Shown here piece after piece: positions 21,798-31,415 of a stretch of 64,000 nt of DNA (position 1 is its first letter; every line of letters starts with the position of its first letter). Made by a program: the position numbers and the translations under genes. The stretch is from Candidatus Dormiibacterota bacterium (lineage in GTDB: Bacteria > Chloroflexota > Dormibacteria > Aeolococcales > Bog-877): positions 6,533 through 70,532 of the forward strand of contig JBAUWA010000095.1 of the NCBI GenBank assembly GCA_049583555.1. The letters run 5' to 3'. The notes under the pieces are model-generated. The model was not told the origin of the DNA, made no database searches, and was given only the letters and a program-made list of their open reading frames with translations.

Positions 21798-22294
21798 CGG
21801 GGCAGTGGCCGTCGGTTTCGCTTCACAGGAGCAGCTTCGGGCGCTCCGGATAGCAGGTGATCGATCTCGTTGCGGACCTCTGACACGTCGCGGAATGAGC
21901 GATAGACCGAGGCAAAGCGGACGTAGGCGACGTCGTCGAGCCGCCGCAGATGCTCCATCACCAGCTCACCCACCTCGACGCTGGGAAGCTCTGACTGCCC
22001 CCGGCCCCGCAGCTCGGCCTCTATCTCCTCAACCATCTGAGATATGACGGTGGGCGAGATGTCGCGCTTCTTGCAGGCATTCATCAGGCCCTGGAAGAGC
22101 TTGGCTCGATCAAAGTCCTCCCGTCGGCCGTCCTTCTTGACGATGTAGAAGGGAATCGACTCGATCCGCTCATAGGTGGTGAAGCGCTTGCCGCAACTGT
22201 TGCAGGCGCGGCGCCGCCTGATGGCCTCGCCCGTCTCCGAATCCCGGGAGTCGACCACCCGGAGGTCGTTGTGGTTGCAGTAAGGGCAGCGCAC
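21794..22294 (-). CDS. nrdR: Transcriptional repressor NrdR
   Basis: N-terminal zinc ribbon (CPYCN...CNSCGKRF) followed by an ATP-cone domain. 166 aa. GTG start with a GGAG SD 8 nt upstream. Confidence 0.9.
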   Translation of the reverse strand: MRCPYCNHNDLRVVDSRDSETGEAIRRRRACNSCGKRFTTYERIESIPFYIVKKDGRREDFDRAKLFQGLMNACKKRDISPTVISQMVEEIEAELRGRGQSELPSVEVGELVMEHLRRLDDVAYVRFASVYRSFRDVSEVRNEIDHLLSGAPEAAPVKRNRRPLPR

Positions 22295-22517
22295 GGAGGC
22301 TCCAGTTCAGAGATGAGATTGACCCCGAAATATAGGGGTCGTGTCCGCATTGTAATACCTCATCTTGTGGCCAGCGCCAAAGATCGGGTTCGCTTGTGCC
22401 CTCGCCGTTGACCTCCGCGCTTCGCCCCTTCGGAAACTGCCCCACGGCAACCCCAACCGGTTGGCGGCGGTGCTCGATCGCGATTGCCGCGGAGGTCGGT
22501 AGTTGGACCCGATTGGG

Positions 22518-23501
22518 TCAGACGTTGACTCGACTCATGTCGAGGTAGCGATCGCCTTTGACCGCTCCCACTGGCAAGGCGTCGTCGAGCTCCTGGAGGG
22601 TTGCCGGATCCAGCTCCAGCTCCGCAGCCGCCACGTTCTCCTCGAGCCGGCCTGGGTGCCTGGTACCAGGGATGGGCACGATGTCCCGGCCTTGGTGAAG
22701 GAGCCAGGCCAGGGCCAGTTGTGCCGGGGTCACATCCTTGGCCGCGGCGATCTCGCGGACGTGCTCCGCCAGCTTCAGGTTGTACTCGCGGTTCTCGCCC
22801 TTGAAGCGAGGGAAGCGAGCGCCGCGGGTATCGCCCTCGGAGAGATGCTCCAGGGAGGTAGGTTGGGCGGCCAGGAAGCCCCGTCCTAGGGGGCTGTAAG
22901 CGACGAACCCAATTCCCAGCTCTCTGACGGTGGGCAGGAGCTCCGCCTCGGGCTCGCGGCTGAAGAGTGAGTACTCAGTTTGCAGCGCGGTTATGGGGTG
23001 GACGGCCTGAGCACGGCGGATGGTCGAGGCGCCCGCTTCCGAGAGCCCGAGGTACCGCACTTTGCCCTGGTCGACCAGCTCGGACATGGCCCCAACTGTC
23101 TCCTCGATGGGGACGTGCGTGTCCACCCGGTGCTGGTAGTAGAGGTCGATGTAATCGATCTGAAGCCGGGTCAGCGACGCGTCGCAGGCCTCGCGCACGT
23201 ACTCAGGTCGGCCGTTGATTCCAACCCACGAGCCGTCCTCCCGGCGCTGGTTGCCGAACTTGGTCGCGATCACCACCTGGTCGCGGCGCCCAGCGATGGC
23301 ACCGCCCACCAGCCTCTCGTTGGTGAATGGACCGTACATGTCGGCGGTGTCGAGCAAGTCGAGGCCCAGCTCCAAGGCCCGATGAATCGTGGCCACCGAT
23401 AACTCATCGTTGCTGGGGCCATAGAACTCCGACATCCCCATGCACCCCAGGCCCAGGGCGCTGACCACCAGTCCCTGGCTACCGAGGTTCCTTCGCTCCA
23501 C
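22518..23501 (-). CDS. Aldo/keto reductase
   Basis: The AKR fold runs from [28 protein letters not shown] start around 23501 gives about 327 aa. The longer ORF to 23684 would overlap msrA by about 130 nt and is low-complexity. Confidence 0.8.
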   Translation of the reverse strand: MERRNLGSQGLVVSALGLGCMGMSEFYGPSNDELSVATIHRALELGLDLLDTADMYGPFTNERLVGGAIAGRRDQVVIATKFGNQRREDGSWVGINGRPEYVREACDASLTRLQIDYIDLYYQHRVDTHVPIEETVGAMSELVDQGKVRYLGLSEAGASTIRRAQAVHPITALQTEYSLFSREPEAELLPTVRELGIGFVAYSPLGRGFLAAQPTSLEHLSEGDTRGARFPRFKGENREYNLKLAEHVREIAAAKDVTPAQLALAWLLHQGRDIVPIPGTRHPGRLEENVAAAELELDPATLQELDDALPVGAVKGDRYLDMSRVNV

Positions 23502-23556
23502 ATCTACCTCCCATTGGGTGACTCGACCAGCTTGCAGGGCTCCAGCCGCGCCACGA

Positions 23557-24210
23557 TCAGGAGGCTGAGAGAACCCCAACCGGGCAGCTGACCCCGGTGC
23601 CCCCGATCCCGCAGTACCCGCCCTTGTTCTTGTCAAGGTACTGCTGGTGGTAGTCCTCGGCGTAGAAGAACGGGCCGGCGTCAACGATCTCGGTGGTGAT
23701 GCGCCCGAAGCCAGCCTTGGTGAGGGCCTGCTGATATTGGTCGCGGGAGGCCTCTGCGATCCTCCTCTGCTCCTCGTTCAGGACATAGATGGCAGAGCGG
23801 TACTGGGTTCCCACGTCGTTGCCTTGACGCATGCCCTGGGTGGGGTCGTGGCTCTCCCAGAACGTCTGTAGCAAGCGCTGGTAGGAGGTCTTGCCGGGGT
23901 CGAAGACCACCAGCACCACCTCGGCGTGACCGGTGCGGCCGCTGCAGACTTCCTGGTAGGTGGGGTTGGGGGTGAGGCCGCCGCTGTAGCCGACCGCGGT
24001 GGTGTAGATCCCATCCAGCTGCCAGAAGTCTCGCTCGGCGCCCCAGAAGCAACCCAAGCCGAAGATAGCCTGCTCACTCCCCCCGGGGAACGGTGGCTTG
24101 AGCGATGTGCCCAGGACCGTGTGCTGGCCCCCGACCCGCATCTCGGCGGTGCGTCCCGGCAGCGCTCGAGCGGGATCCGGCATCGTTGTTTTGGGACCAA
24201 AGAAACTCAT
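23557..24210 (-). CDS. msrA: Peptide methionine sulfoxide reductase MsrA
   Basis: GCFWG active-site motif. ATG at 24210 has a GAGGTGG SD. 217 aa. Confidence 0.9.
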   Translation of the reverse strand: MSFFGPKTTMPDPARALPGRTAEMRVGGQHTVLGTSLKPPFPGGSEQAIFGLGCFWGAERDFWQLDGIYTTAVGYSGGLTPNPTYQEVCSGRTGHAEVVLVVFDPGKTSYQRLLQTFWESHDPTQGMRQGNDVGTQYRSAIYVLNEEQRRIAEASRDQYQQALTKAGFGRITTEIVDAGPFFYAEDYHQQYLDKNKGGYCGIGGTGVSCPVGVLSAS

Positions 24211-24360
24211 GACCTGCCACCTCTGCTGAATGGAGCTAAACCGTACCACCGGGGACTTAGAGACTCCGCTTAAACATTCCCCAATTCGAACCCGATCACT
24301 CCATAGGAACCGGGGCCTGGCTGCGGCCTCGTCCCGGCGTCATCCCGTGCCCTGGTCGGG

Positions 24361-25104
24361 TCAGCGCTCGACTTGGATACCTGGGGCCAGGTCGATCCGG
24401 TAGCCCACCCCGAAGACGGTGTTGATCCGGAATGGCATGGTGGGGAATGCCTCGAACTTCTCCCGTAGCCAGCGGATGTGGACCGCCACGGTCTTACCGT
24501 CACCGTGGAAGTCGCTGCCCCACACGTCCCGAAGCAACGCCTCCCGACTCTGCACTTTGCCGGGGTTCCGGAGCAAGAAGAAGAGCAGGTTGAATTCGCG
24601 GGGACTCATCTTGACCTCTCGATCGCCGAGCATCACCCGTCGGGCCGCGGCGTCTAGCACGAAGTCGGCGAGCTTGATGTGGTCGGGGGTCGGGGTGGCC
24701 CTGGGCGGGCGCTCGGCGCGACGGATCAGGGCCTCCACGCGGGCTAGGAACTCAGAGATCCCGAAGGGCTTGGTCATGTAGTCGTCGGCCCCCAGCGCCA
24801 GCCCCTGGACCTTGTCCGGTTCCGATCCCCGCGCCGTCAGCATCAGGATGGGTACGTCGGACTCCTGGCGGATGATCCGGCAAAGTTCCTCGCCGGTCAG
24901 CTCGGGGAGCATGAGGTCGAGCACCACCAGGTCGGGGGTTCGATCACGCGCGATCTCCAGCCCGCGGGTCCCGCTGTTGGCCTCCAGGACCACGTAGCCG
25001 GTGGCCGCCAGGTTGTAGCGCAGCGTCATCCGGACCGCCTCGTCGTCCTCGACCAGTAGCACCTTGCGGCCCCGGCCAGTGCTGGGCGGCGGTTGAGCCG
25101 TCAC
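24361..25104 (-). CDS. OmpR/PhoB-family two-component response regulator
   Basis: REC domain (LLVEDDEAV, D-L-LP) plus a winged-helix trans_reg_C domain. It lies immediately downstream of phoU and the PhoR-like kinase. Confidence 0.9.
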   Translation of the reverse strand: MTAQPPPSTGRGRKVLLVEDDEAVRMTLRYNLAATGYVVLEANSGTRGLEIARDRTPDLVVLDLMLPELTGEELCRIIRQESDVPILMLTARGSEPDKVQGLALGADDYMTKPFGISEFLARVEALIRRAERPPRATPTPDHIKLADFVLDAAARRVMLGDREVKMSPREFNLLFFLLRNPGKVQSREALLRDVWGSDFHGDGKTVAVHIRWLREKFEAFPTMPFRINTVFGVGYRIDLAPGIQVER

Positions 25105-25767
25105 CTAGCCCAGCTCTGCCAGCTCGCCGGTCTCCAGGAAGACCACGTCCTCGGCGATGTTGGTGACTCGATCCGCGATCCGCTCCAAGTTGTGGGCGAT
25201 GAAGATCAGGTTGGTGGCGGGGTAGACCCACTCCGGTTGCTCCCGCATGGTCTCCAGCATGTCGTCGAAGACCCGGTGATAGATGCGGTCAATCCGGTCG
25301 TCGCGGGCGGCGATGTCCTGGGCCCGGCGGTGGTCGTGAGCGGTGACCGCCTCCAGGATGTCGCGGACCTGCTCTTCAACATAGCGCCCCATGCTGAGGA
25401 TGATCTCCAAGCGCGGCCGGGAGCTAAGCTCGATGAGAGGGAGGGCGTAGCGGGCGCAGCTCTTGGCGTGGTCGCCCATCCGCTCCAGCTCCGCCGACAT
25501 CAACATCAGGCCGAAGACTTCATTTAGCTCATGCCCGGTGGGGTGCCGGGCGGCCAGCACCGCCAGGCCCCGCTCCCGTTCCTGCCGGTGGCGCTCGTTG
25601 AGCACCGCGTCGCCAACCACCACCGCACGCAGGCGATCGCCGTCCCGTATCTCCAGGCCCGACATGGCCGCAGCGACCCCCTCGGCGACCATCCGGCCGA
25701 GAATCCGGACCCCGTCGCGCAGGGCTGCCAGGTCAGCTTCGAAGTCAAGAGCGAGGGATGCCGCCAC
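25105..25767 (-). CDS. phoU: Phosphate signalling complex protein PhoU
   Basis: Two PhoU repeats with the E-x3-D motifs (RIYHRVFDDMLE, AHNLERIADR). 220 aa. Confidence 0.9.
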   Translation of the reverse strand: MAASLALDFEADLAALRDGVRILGRMVAEGVAAAMSGLEIRDGDRLRAVVVGDAVLNERHRQERERGLAVLAARHPTGHELNEVFGLMLMSAELERMGDHAKSCARYALPLIELSSRPRLEIILSMGRYVEEQVRDILEAVTAHDHRRAQDIAARDDRIDRIYHRVFDDMLETMREQPEWVYPATNLIFIAHNLERIADRVTNIAEDVVFLETGELAELG

Positions 25768-25804
25768 AGAGCGATAGTAGTCGACCCGGATTACGGCGAA
25801 GCGA

Positions 25805-26875
25805 TCACGCTCGGGGGAGGACGATCCTCACCAGAGTCCCATGTCCGGGAATGCTCCGGACCTTGATTTCGCCACCCTGGAGCTCCACCGTCTGCTTGGC
25901 GATGGTCAGTCCCAGGCCGCTGCTTCGATCCGAGCGGGACCTGTCCCCGGTGTAGAAGCGGTCGAAGATACGCGGGAGCTGGCTGGCGGGGATGCCGGAG
26001 CCCGTGTCCCGAACCGAAACGGTGGGACGGCCGGTTGATGCGCCTACTGTCACCCTCACCGACCCCGGCGGGGAGGTGAACTTGAGGGCGTTGTCGAGGA
26101 TGTTGCTCAGCGCTCCCTCCAGGCGGGCGGGGTCAGCCAGGGCGATCGTGGGTCTGCCGCGAAGTGAGAGGCTGATCTGACGCTCTCCGGCCTGCGGGCG
26201 GAGGTGCTCCACCGCCTTGCGGGCAACCTCCCAGAGGTCGACCGGATCACTCCGCGTCCGCTCCACGCCGGCCTCCAGCCGACCCAGATCGAGGATTCCC
26301 GCCACCAGGGTGTAGAGACGCTCGGCCTCGGCGGCGATTCTGGTGGCGAAGGCTTGGGTTGCCTCGGGGTCATCCCGGGCCTCACCGGTGAGGGTCTCAG
26401 CCATGAGCCGGAGGCCAGCAAGCGGCGTGCGCAGGTCGTGGGATAGGTTGGAGATGAGTTCCTGATGGGCCCGGGTCAACCTCCGTTCCGCCGTGATGTC
26501 GGTCAGGATCATGAGAACGCGGCGGCTGCCGTCGGGGAGATCGGCGCGAGCACCGACAGCCTTCAAGACCCGGCGCCAGTCGTTCTGTCGGAGCTCGGCG
26601 CTGGCGGTCTCACCGGTCACCAGCACCCTGCCCACCACGTCGGCCGCCCGGGGGTCGTCGAGAATCTGCGCTAAGGGGGTGCCGGCAGCCAGCCCCGGCC
26701 GCTGAACTTCCCGGGAATACGGGCCTTCTAGCAGGTTCACGGTGTTTGGGCTGGCCCAGAGCAGGTTCCGGGCTGGGTCCAGCAGTAGTACGGCGTCAGA
26801 CCCGAAGGTCGTCAGTCCCCGGAGGAGCTGGTCGGTGCCGGTAGGTAGGGAGTCGGGAGTCTTGCTCCCGCTCAC
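25805..26875 (-). CDS. Cytoplasmic PAS-domain sensor histidine kinase (PhoR-like)
   Basis: HisKA H-box (ISNLSHDLRTPL), HATPase_c N/G boxes and an N-terminal PAS domain, with no TM segment. The GTG start at 26875 overlaps the stop of the upstream phosphatase gene (GTGA). The ORF extension to 27208 is Arg/Pro-rich and would overlap the upstream gene. Confidence 0.85.
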   Translation of the reverse strand: MSGSKTPDSLPTGTDQLLRGLTTFGSDAVLLLDPARNLLWASPNTVNLLEGPYSREVQRPGLAAGTPLAQILDDPRAADVVGRVLVTGETASAELRQNDWRRVLKAVGARADLPDGSRRVLMILTDITAERRLTRAHQELISNLSHDLRTPLAGLRLMAETLTGEARDDPEATQAFATRIAAEAERLYTLVAGILDLGRLEAGVERTRSDPVDLWEVARKAVEHLRPQAGERQISLSLRGRPTIALADPARLEGALSNILDNALKFTSPPGSVRVTVGASTGRPTVSVRDTGSGIPASQLPRIFDRFYTGDRSRSDRSSGLGLTIAKQTVELQGGEIKVRSIPGHGTLVRIVLPRA

Positions 26876-27378
26876 CTCTGGTCCCAGCCGCCACCTAGAT
26901 CGGGACGCCCCAGGTAGACAGCCTGCGAGACTCGGTCCTTGTCGTCGGGGAGATCGAGTCGCCAGACTCCGCCTTTGGGGCAGCGGGCCCCGGCCGCTCC
27001 GGCCGCTTCTAGCAGGGGGGGCAGAAGGTCCCCATGGCTGCAGGCGGCGACCCGCCGCATCCCGTCGACGAAGTAGGCCTTGAGCAGGGATCGGAGTGCG
27101 GCACCGGCCCCGGCCAGGTCCTGTCCCAGGGCTCCCTCGAAGAGCCGGGCGTCGTCCTCGACCTCGAGGCCGGTGACGTGGGCCAGCGGCAGCAGGGTGT
27201 CGCGGCACCTGGTGGCGGGACTGCTCAAGTGGCGGTCGATCCCGGCATCTGCCAGGAGGTCGGCCAGGACCACGGCTTGGCGCCAGCCGACCTCGTTGAG
27301 AGGACGGAGTTGATCCGGCTTTTGCCAGCCATCCCGCTCACGGGCGACCGCGTGACGAACCAGGTAGAGACTGCGCAC
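26872..27378 (-). CDS. Histidine phosphatase superfamily protein (SixA-like)
   Basis: An LVRHAVA (RHG-type) motif 8 aa from the GTG start at 27378. About 168 aa, matching SixA size. Translationally coupled to the downstream kinase. Confidence 0.65.
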   Translation of the reverse strand: MRSLYLVRHAVARERDGWQKPDQLRPLNEVGWRQAVVLADLLADAGIDRHLSSPATRCRDTLLPLAHVTGLEVEDDARLFEGALGQDLAGAGAALRSLLKAYFVDGMRRVAACSHGDLLPPLLEAAGAAGARCPKGGVWRLDLPDDKDRVSQAVYLGRPDLGGGWDQR

Positions 27379-27476
27379 CGCGATCTCGGAAGTATAGGGA
27401 CGGCTGGCGGCCGTCCCAACGGCGCAAACTATGACGGTGCGCGTGGAGTGGCCATCGAATTGAGCTGCGGCGGTCG

Positions 27477-28472
27477 GTGACCGGTCCCCGGGCGGCTCCA
27501 GCGCCCCGTTTTGCCGCCATCGACGTCGGCAGCAACACCGTCCACCTGCTGGTGGCCAGCTGCCCGCCCAACCGACTCCCAATACCGGTGCTCCGGCGCC
27601 GGGACTTTGTTCAGCTCGGGCAGGACGTCACCGCCGCCGGAGTCATCGGCCCGGAGAGGCTGGAACTCGCCAGCCGGGCTCTGCGTCGTCAGGTTGAGGA
27701 CGCCCGGCACGCAGGCGCCATGGAGATCGCGATCGGCGCCACCCAGGCGCTGCGCTCGGCAGGTAACGGGCCCGAGGTGGCGGAGCGCCTGGCCGCCGAG
27801 GCTGGGGGTGGCCCGGTCAGAATCCTGCCCACCCAGGTGGAGGCCCAGCTGGCCTTCGATGGGGCCACGATGACCCTCTCTCCGGGGCGGGCGACCGTGG
27901 TCCTGGACATCGGTGGGGCCTCGGCGCAGATCGCCTGGGGAGCCGCTGGGGGATCTTGCCTTCACAGTTGGTTACCGCTCGGCTCCGGCTCGGTAGCGAT
28001 GCTGGCCAGCTCGGACCCGCCCACCGAGCAGGAGTGGAAGGCTATGGAGAGGCGGGTGGGGCAGCTGATCCCTGACCTGATCCCGCTTCCCGCCAACATG
28101 GTTGCGCTGGGGACCGGTGGAACCATCACCAACCTGCCCAGGCTGCTGGGAAGGGGAAGGGGGGTTGTGCTACGGCTCCGGGATGTGGAGGTGGTCATCG
28201 AGACCTTTCGAGACCTCTCGGCGGAGGAGCTGGCCCAGCGGTCGGGAGTGGATCTGGAGCGAACCCGGCTCTGCCGCGGCGGCGCCTTGATCCTGGCCCA
28301 GATGATGGATTTGCTCCACCTGCGTTCGATCCGGAGCTCCGAGCGCGGGCTTCGAGACGGGATGATCGCGTCGCTGCTGGATCACGGCGAGAACTGGTGG
28401 CAGCTGCGGGAGGCGGCCCTGGCTGGTCAGGTGGATGAGGCGCGAGCGTTGCTCGCGACCGGAGCTGGCTGA
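27477..28472 (+). CDS. ppx: Ppx/GppA family exopolyphosphatase / guanosine pentaphosphate phosphohydrolase
   Basis: ASKHA-fold motifs (FAAIDVGSNTVHLLVA, DIGGASAQI). 331 aa. Divergent from the sixA-like/kinase/phoU cluster. Confidence 0.9.
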   Translation: MTGPRAAPAPRFAAIDVGSNTVHLLVASCPPNRLPIPVLRRRDFVQLGQDVTAAGVIGPERLELASRALRRQVEDARHAGAMEIAIGATQALRSAGNGPEVAERLAAEAGGGPVRILPTQVEAQLAFDGATMTLSPGRATVVLDIGGASAQIAWGAAGGSCLHSWLPLGSGSVAMLASSDPPTEQEWKAMERRVGQLIPDLIPLPANMVALGTGGTITNLPRLLGRGRGVVLRLRDVEVVIETFRDLSAEELAQRSGVDLERTRLCRGGALILAQMMDLLHLRSIRSSERGLRDGMIASLLDHGENWWQLREAALAGQVDEARALLATGAG

Positions 28473-29433
28473 GCTCCTGCTCTGCTGCGACCTTGCGGCC
28501 AGCTGCCTCGAGGATCGGTCTCAGAGCCTGCGTTGGGCACTGGCCCGGCTGCCTCTGGCCAGCGATGCCGAGGCGTCCCATGACGCTCGGGTCGCGTTGC
28601 GCAGACTGCGATCGGCTTCGATCGGGTTCTCCGATTGCCTGGCGCCCGAAAAGTCTTGGACTCGGCGGCTGCGGTGGGCAGAGAAGGCCCTCGGCGGCTT
28701 GAGGGACGCCGAGGTGAGGCTAGAGCTGCTCGAGGAAGTCCTGGGACCGGTGGCGGTCTCGCGGGACCGCAGCGACGACCCCCGCATCGCTGCCGAACTG
28801 GGTGGCCCGATCGTGATGGATCGGACCAGCCCGATTCGGCCTGGACTACGCGGTCTGGAGATGGAGGCTCGGCGGGCGCTGGCCGACAGCACCGCAGCCG
28901 AGATCGCGAAGTACCGCGAGCTGGCCCTCACCGAAGATGCCATGCTGCGCTACCAATCCTTGGCTAAGACGCCGCGAATTCGCCGGGGTCACAAGGGGGT
29001 GACGCCGGCGATCCTGCTCGCGGAGCAGCAGCTGCCTCGGCTGTTCAAGCGAGCCGGACGCGGCGCCCACGTCGATGTTGATCTGCACCGGAGGCGGATC
29101 CACATCCGCAAACTGCGCTACCGCTTGGAGCTCTTCGCACCTGTGCTCGGCCCCGGCCACCAGACGGTCCTCCAGGAGCTCCGCCAGGTCCAGAGTTTGC
29201 TGGGCCGATTCCACGATCTGGTGGTGCTCTCCGCCTGGATCGACGGCTCGTCCCGGGCGCTCCGGCACGAGCTCCGTCCGGCCCTCAGACGCCTGACCAT
29301 GCGAGTAGGTCTCGAGCAGCAGGTGGCCAACGAGGGAGCCGAGAGCGAGCTGGGCCGTCTGGACGAGGCGAACTGGTGGTCGGCGGCCCAGGCCGCCTGC
29401 CTGGGTGGTGCACTGGGCGTTCCCTCGGGCTGA
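28435..29433 (+). CDS. CHAD domain-containing protein
   Basis: Helical protein with repeated conserved His/Arg (HDARVALRRLRSA, HRRRIHIRKLRYRLELF) typical of CHAD. Its position immediately after ppx is a common partner arrangement. The start may be a later GTG, because the first 38 nt overlap the ppx end. Confidence 0.7.
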   Translation: MRRERCSRPELAELLLCCDLAASCLEDRSQSLRWALARLPLASDAEASHDARVALRRLRSASIGFSDCLAPEKSWTRRLRWAEKALGGLRDAEVRLELLEEVLGPVAVSRDRSDDPRIAAELGGPIVMDRTSPIRPGLRGLEMEARRALADSTAAEIAKYRELALTEDAMLRYQSLAKTPRIRRGHKGVTPAILLAEQQLPRLFKRAGRGAHVDVDLHRRRIHIRKLRYRLELFAPVLGPGHQTVLQELRQVQSLLGRFHDLVVLSAWIDGSSRALRHELRPALRRLTMRVGLEQQVANEGAESELGRLDEANWWSAAQAACLGGALGVPSG

Positions 29434-29464
29434 AGCCTCCGACGGTGACCGTATCCTCGACTCG

Positions 29465-30592
29465 ATGAGCTCGCAGGAACCACCGGAGTGTCTGGTCGTC
29501 GGGGCTGGCGTGGTAGGGCTATCGGTGGCTCTCAGCCTGGCTAGGGGTGGGGCTAGAGTCAGGATTCTCGAGCGCGAGCGCAAGTGCGGTCAGGCGGCCT
29601 CGGCGGCGGCAGCGGGGATGCTTGCCGAGGGCGCGGAGGTCAACGCCGAGGGGCCGTTTCAAAATCTGTGTCGCCAGAGCAGTGCACTCTGGCCCAATTG
29701 GGCTGCAGAGCTCCTCGCCGAAACCGGCGTTGACTGTGAGCTCGAACGCAGCGGACTGCTCCGGGTGACCGGCTCCGAGGAGGTGTCCCGGCGGCTTGCG
29801 TCCGGCCGGGATTGGCAGCTGAGCCATGGGGTCGAGGTATCGGAGCTTCTGAACCTAGCAGAGCTCAGGCAAGTGGTGCCCGGACTCGGAGGCTCGGTCG
29901 TGGCTGGGTTGCGTTACCCCGGAGATTGGCACGTTCACAGTCACCGGGTCGTGGACGCCCTGGTCGCGGCCTGCCGCGTTCGCGGGGTGGAGATCGAGAC
30001 CGATACCAAGGCCACTGGTCTGGAGCCTGGGCCCGTCCGGCCCCGCCTCAGGCTCCATTCCGGCGGGGAGATCGAGGCCGACTACGTCGTCATCTGCGCC
30101 GGGAGTTGGAGCGGTGGAATCCTGAGTGACGCACTGAAGAAGGAGTGTCCAGTCGAGCCGGTACGGGGTCAGATCGTGGCGCTCGACCCGGGGCGGCCGG
30201 TGCTGCGCCTGATCCTGTTTGGAGACGATGGCTACCTGCTCCAGAAGCGCTCAGGCCTAGTTCTGGTTGGCACCACCGAGGAGCAGGTGGGCTACCAGGC
30301 CTGGCCCACGGCCGAGGGCGTCGAGCTGCTGACCGGAATAGCCTGCCAGCTATTGCCGGCCTTAGCCGACGCCCGCTTTGCCTACGCGTGGGCCGGGCTG
30401 CGACCTCATGTGGCGGACGGTTTGCCGCTGCTGGGCCGGCTGGAGCCTGGCGGACGGGTACTGGTGGCCACCGCCCACTATCGCAACGGGGTGTTGCTGG
30501 CCCCAATCACGGGAGAGCTCATCGCCCAAGCCGTACGGGAGGGCGAGGATCCGCCCGCCCTGGCGGCGTTCAGCCCCCAGCGATTGGCCTGA
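29465..30592 (+). CDS. FAD-dependent oxidoreductase, DAO family (glycine oxidase ThiO-like)
   Basis: N-terminal Rossmann motif VVGAGVVGLSVALSLARGG and a DAO-fold C-terminus (HYRNGVLLAP). ATG at 29465 gives MSSQEPPECLVVGAG. The ORF track start at 29405 overlaps the CHAD gene. Confidence 0.7.
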   Translation: MSSQEPPECLVVGAGVVGLSVALSLARGGARVRILERERKCGQAASAAAAGMLAEGAEVNAEGPFQNLCRQSSALWPNWAAELLAETGVDCELERSGLLRVTGSEEVSRRLASGRDWQLSHGVEVSELLNLAELRQVVPGLGGSVVAGLRYPGDWHVHSHRVVDALVAACRVRGVEIETDTKATGLEPGPVRPRLRLHSGGEIEADYVVICAGSWSGGILSDALKKECPVEPVRGQIVALDPGRPVLRLILFGDDGYLLQKRSGLVLVGTTEEQVGYQAWPTAEGVELLTGIACQLLPALADARFAYAWAGLRPHVADGLPLLGRLEPGGRVLVATAHYRNGVLLAPITGELIAQAVREGEDPPALAAFSPQRLA

Positions 30593-31415
30593 GCCGTAGC
30601 ACGAGGCCGTCCGATGCCAGGATGGCGCCCTTGACCGGGGCGCGCTCCGAGAGGTGGGTCAGGATGAAGCTAGCGGCGGGGAATTCGCGGATCAGCTGCT
30701 CCACCTCCTCCCGCCAGAGGTGGATCGGTGCCGGACCAGACATGCTGGTGCACTCACACAGCAGGTACTCGACCGAGCCGGCCAGGTCGCGTATCCCCGG
30801 ACAGAGGGTCGTGTCGCCGGAGTAGCCCAGGGTGATGCCCTCGCGCTCGAGGCTGAAGCCCAGGCAGCTGAGCTGGGTCGAGTGCTCGACCCGGAAAGCC
30901 TTGGCCCTGAACGCCCCTAGTTGTCCCGACTGCCCGCCCTCCCACTCCTCCATGATGGGCGTACCCAGCCCCATCACCTCCTCCCAGAACCCATCGCCAA
31001 AGCCGGTCCTGCCCAACCGATCCAACATTTCAACAGTGCCCCGGGGGCCGACGATCCGGAGGGGATCGGAGTCCGGGCAGTGGAGGGCGCGAGCCGCAAC
31101 CAGGGTTGGCAGGTGAAAGACGTGGTCCGCATGTAGGTGGGAGATCGCCACCGATCGGAGATCTCGGAGGCCATACCCGAGCTGACCCACCAGGCTGATC
31201 ACCGGAGCCCCGCAATCCAAGAGCAGCTCGCCATCGACCAGGTAGGCGGCGTTGTGGCCGATGCTGGCAAACGCCGAACCGCTGCCGAGAATAGCCAGCT
31301 CCAGGGCGCGGCCGGCCGTCCCGCCGCCTTCGGTCTCTGTTACCGGTGGCGTCCCGAGTACCGCTTCAGACCACCGCTTGGCCGTGCAGCGCGTCCAGGC
31401 GGGAGAGGTCGTCAC
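30570..31415 (-). CDS. MBL-fold metallo-hydrolase
   Basis: HxHxDH motif (HLHADHV) and other beta-lactamase-fold His/Asp ligands. The start is probably internal (near LELAILGSGSAF), because the first 50 nt overlap the upstream DUF58 gene. Confidence 0.7.
   Translation of the reverse strand: MTTSPAWTRCTAKRWSEAVLGTPPVTETEGGGTAGRALELAILGSGSAFASIGHNAAYLVDGELLLDCGAPVISLVGQLGYGLRDLRSVAISHLHADHVFHLPTLVAARALHCPDSDPLRIVGPRGTVEMLDRLGRTGFGDGFWEEVMGLGTPIMEEWEGGQSGQLGAFRAKAFRVEHSTQLSCLGFSLEREGITLGYSGDTTLCPGIRDLAGSVEYLLCECTSMSGPAPIHLWREEVEQLIREFPAASFILTHLSERAPVKGAILASDGLVLRLRPIAGG

Noticed and set aside
23502-23684. N-terminal extensions in the ORF track: aldo/keto reductase to 23684, histidine kinase to 27208, carA to 58997, pyrD to 53581, purH from 6013, PFOR from 42302, MBL hydrolase to 31415.
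   Set aside because: Each extension overlaps the upstream gene and is low-complexity. A start codon with a 4-nt stop/start overlap or a good SD exists at the point where homology begins.
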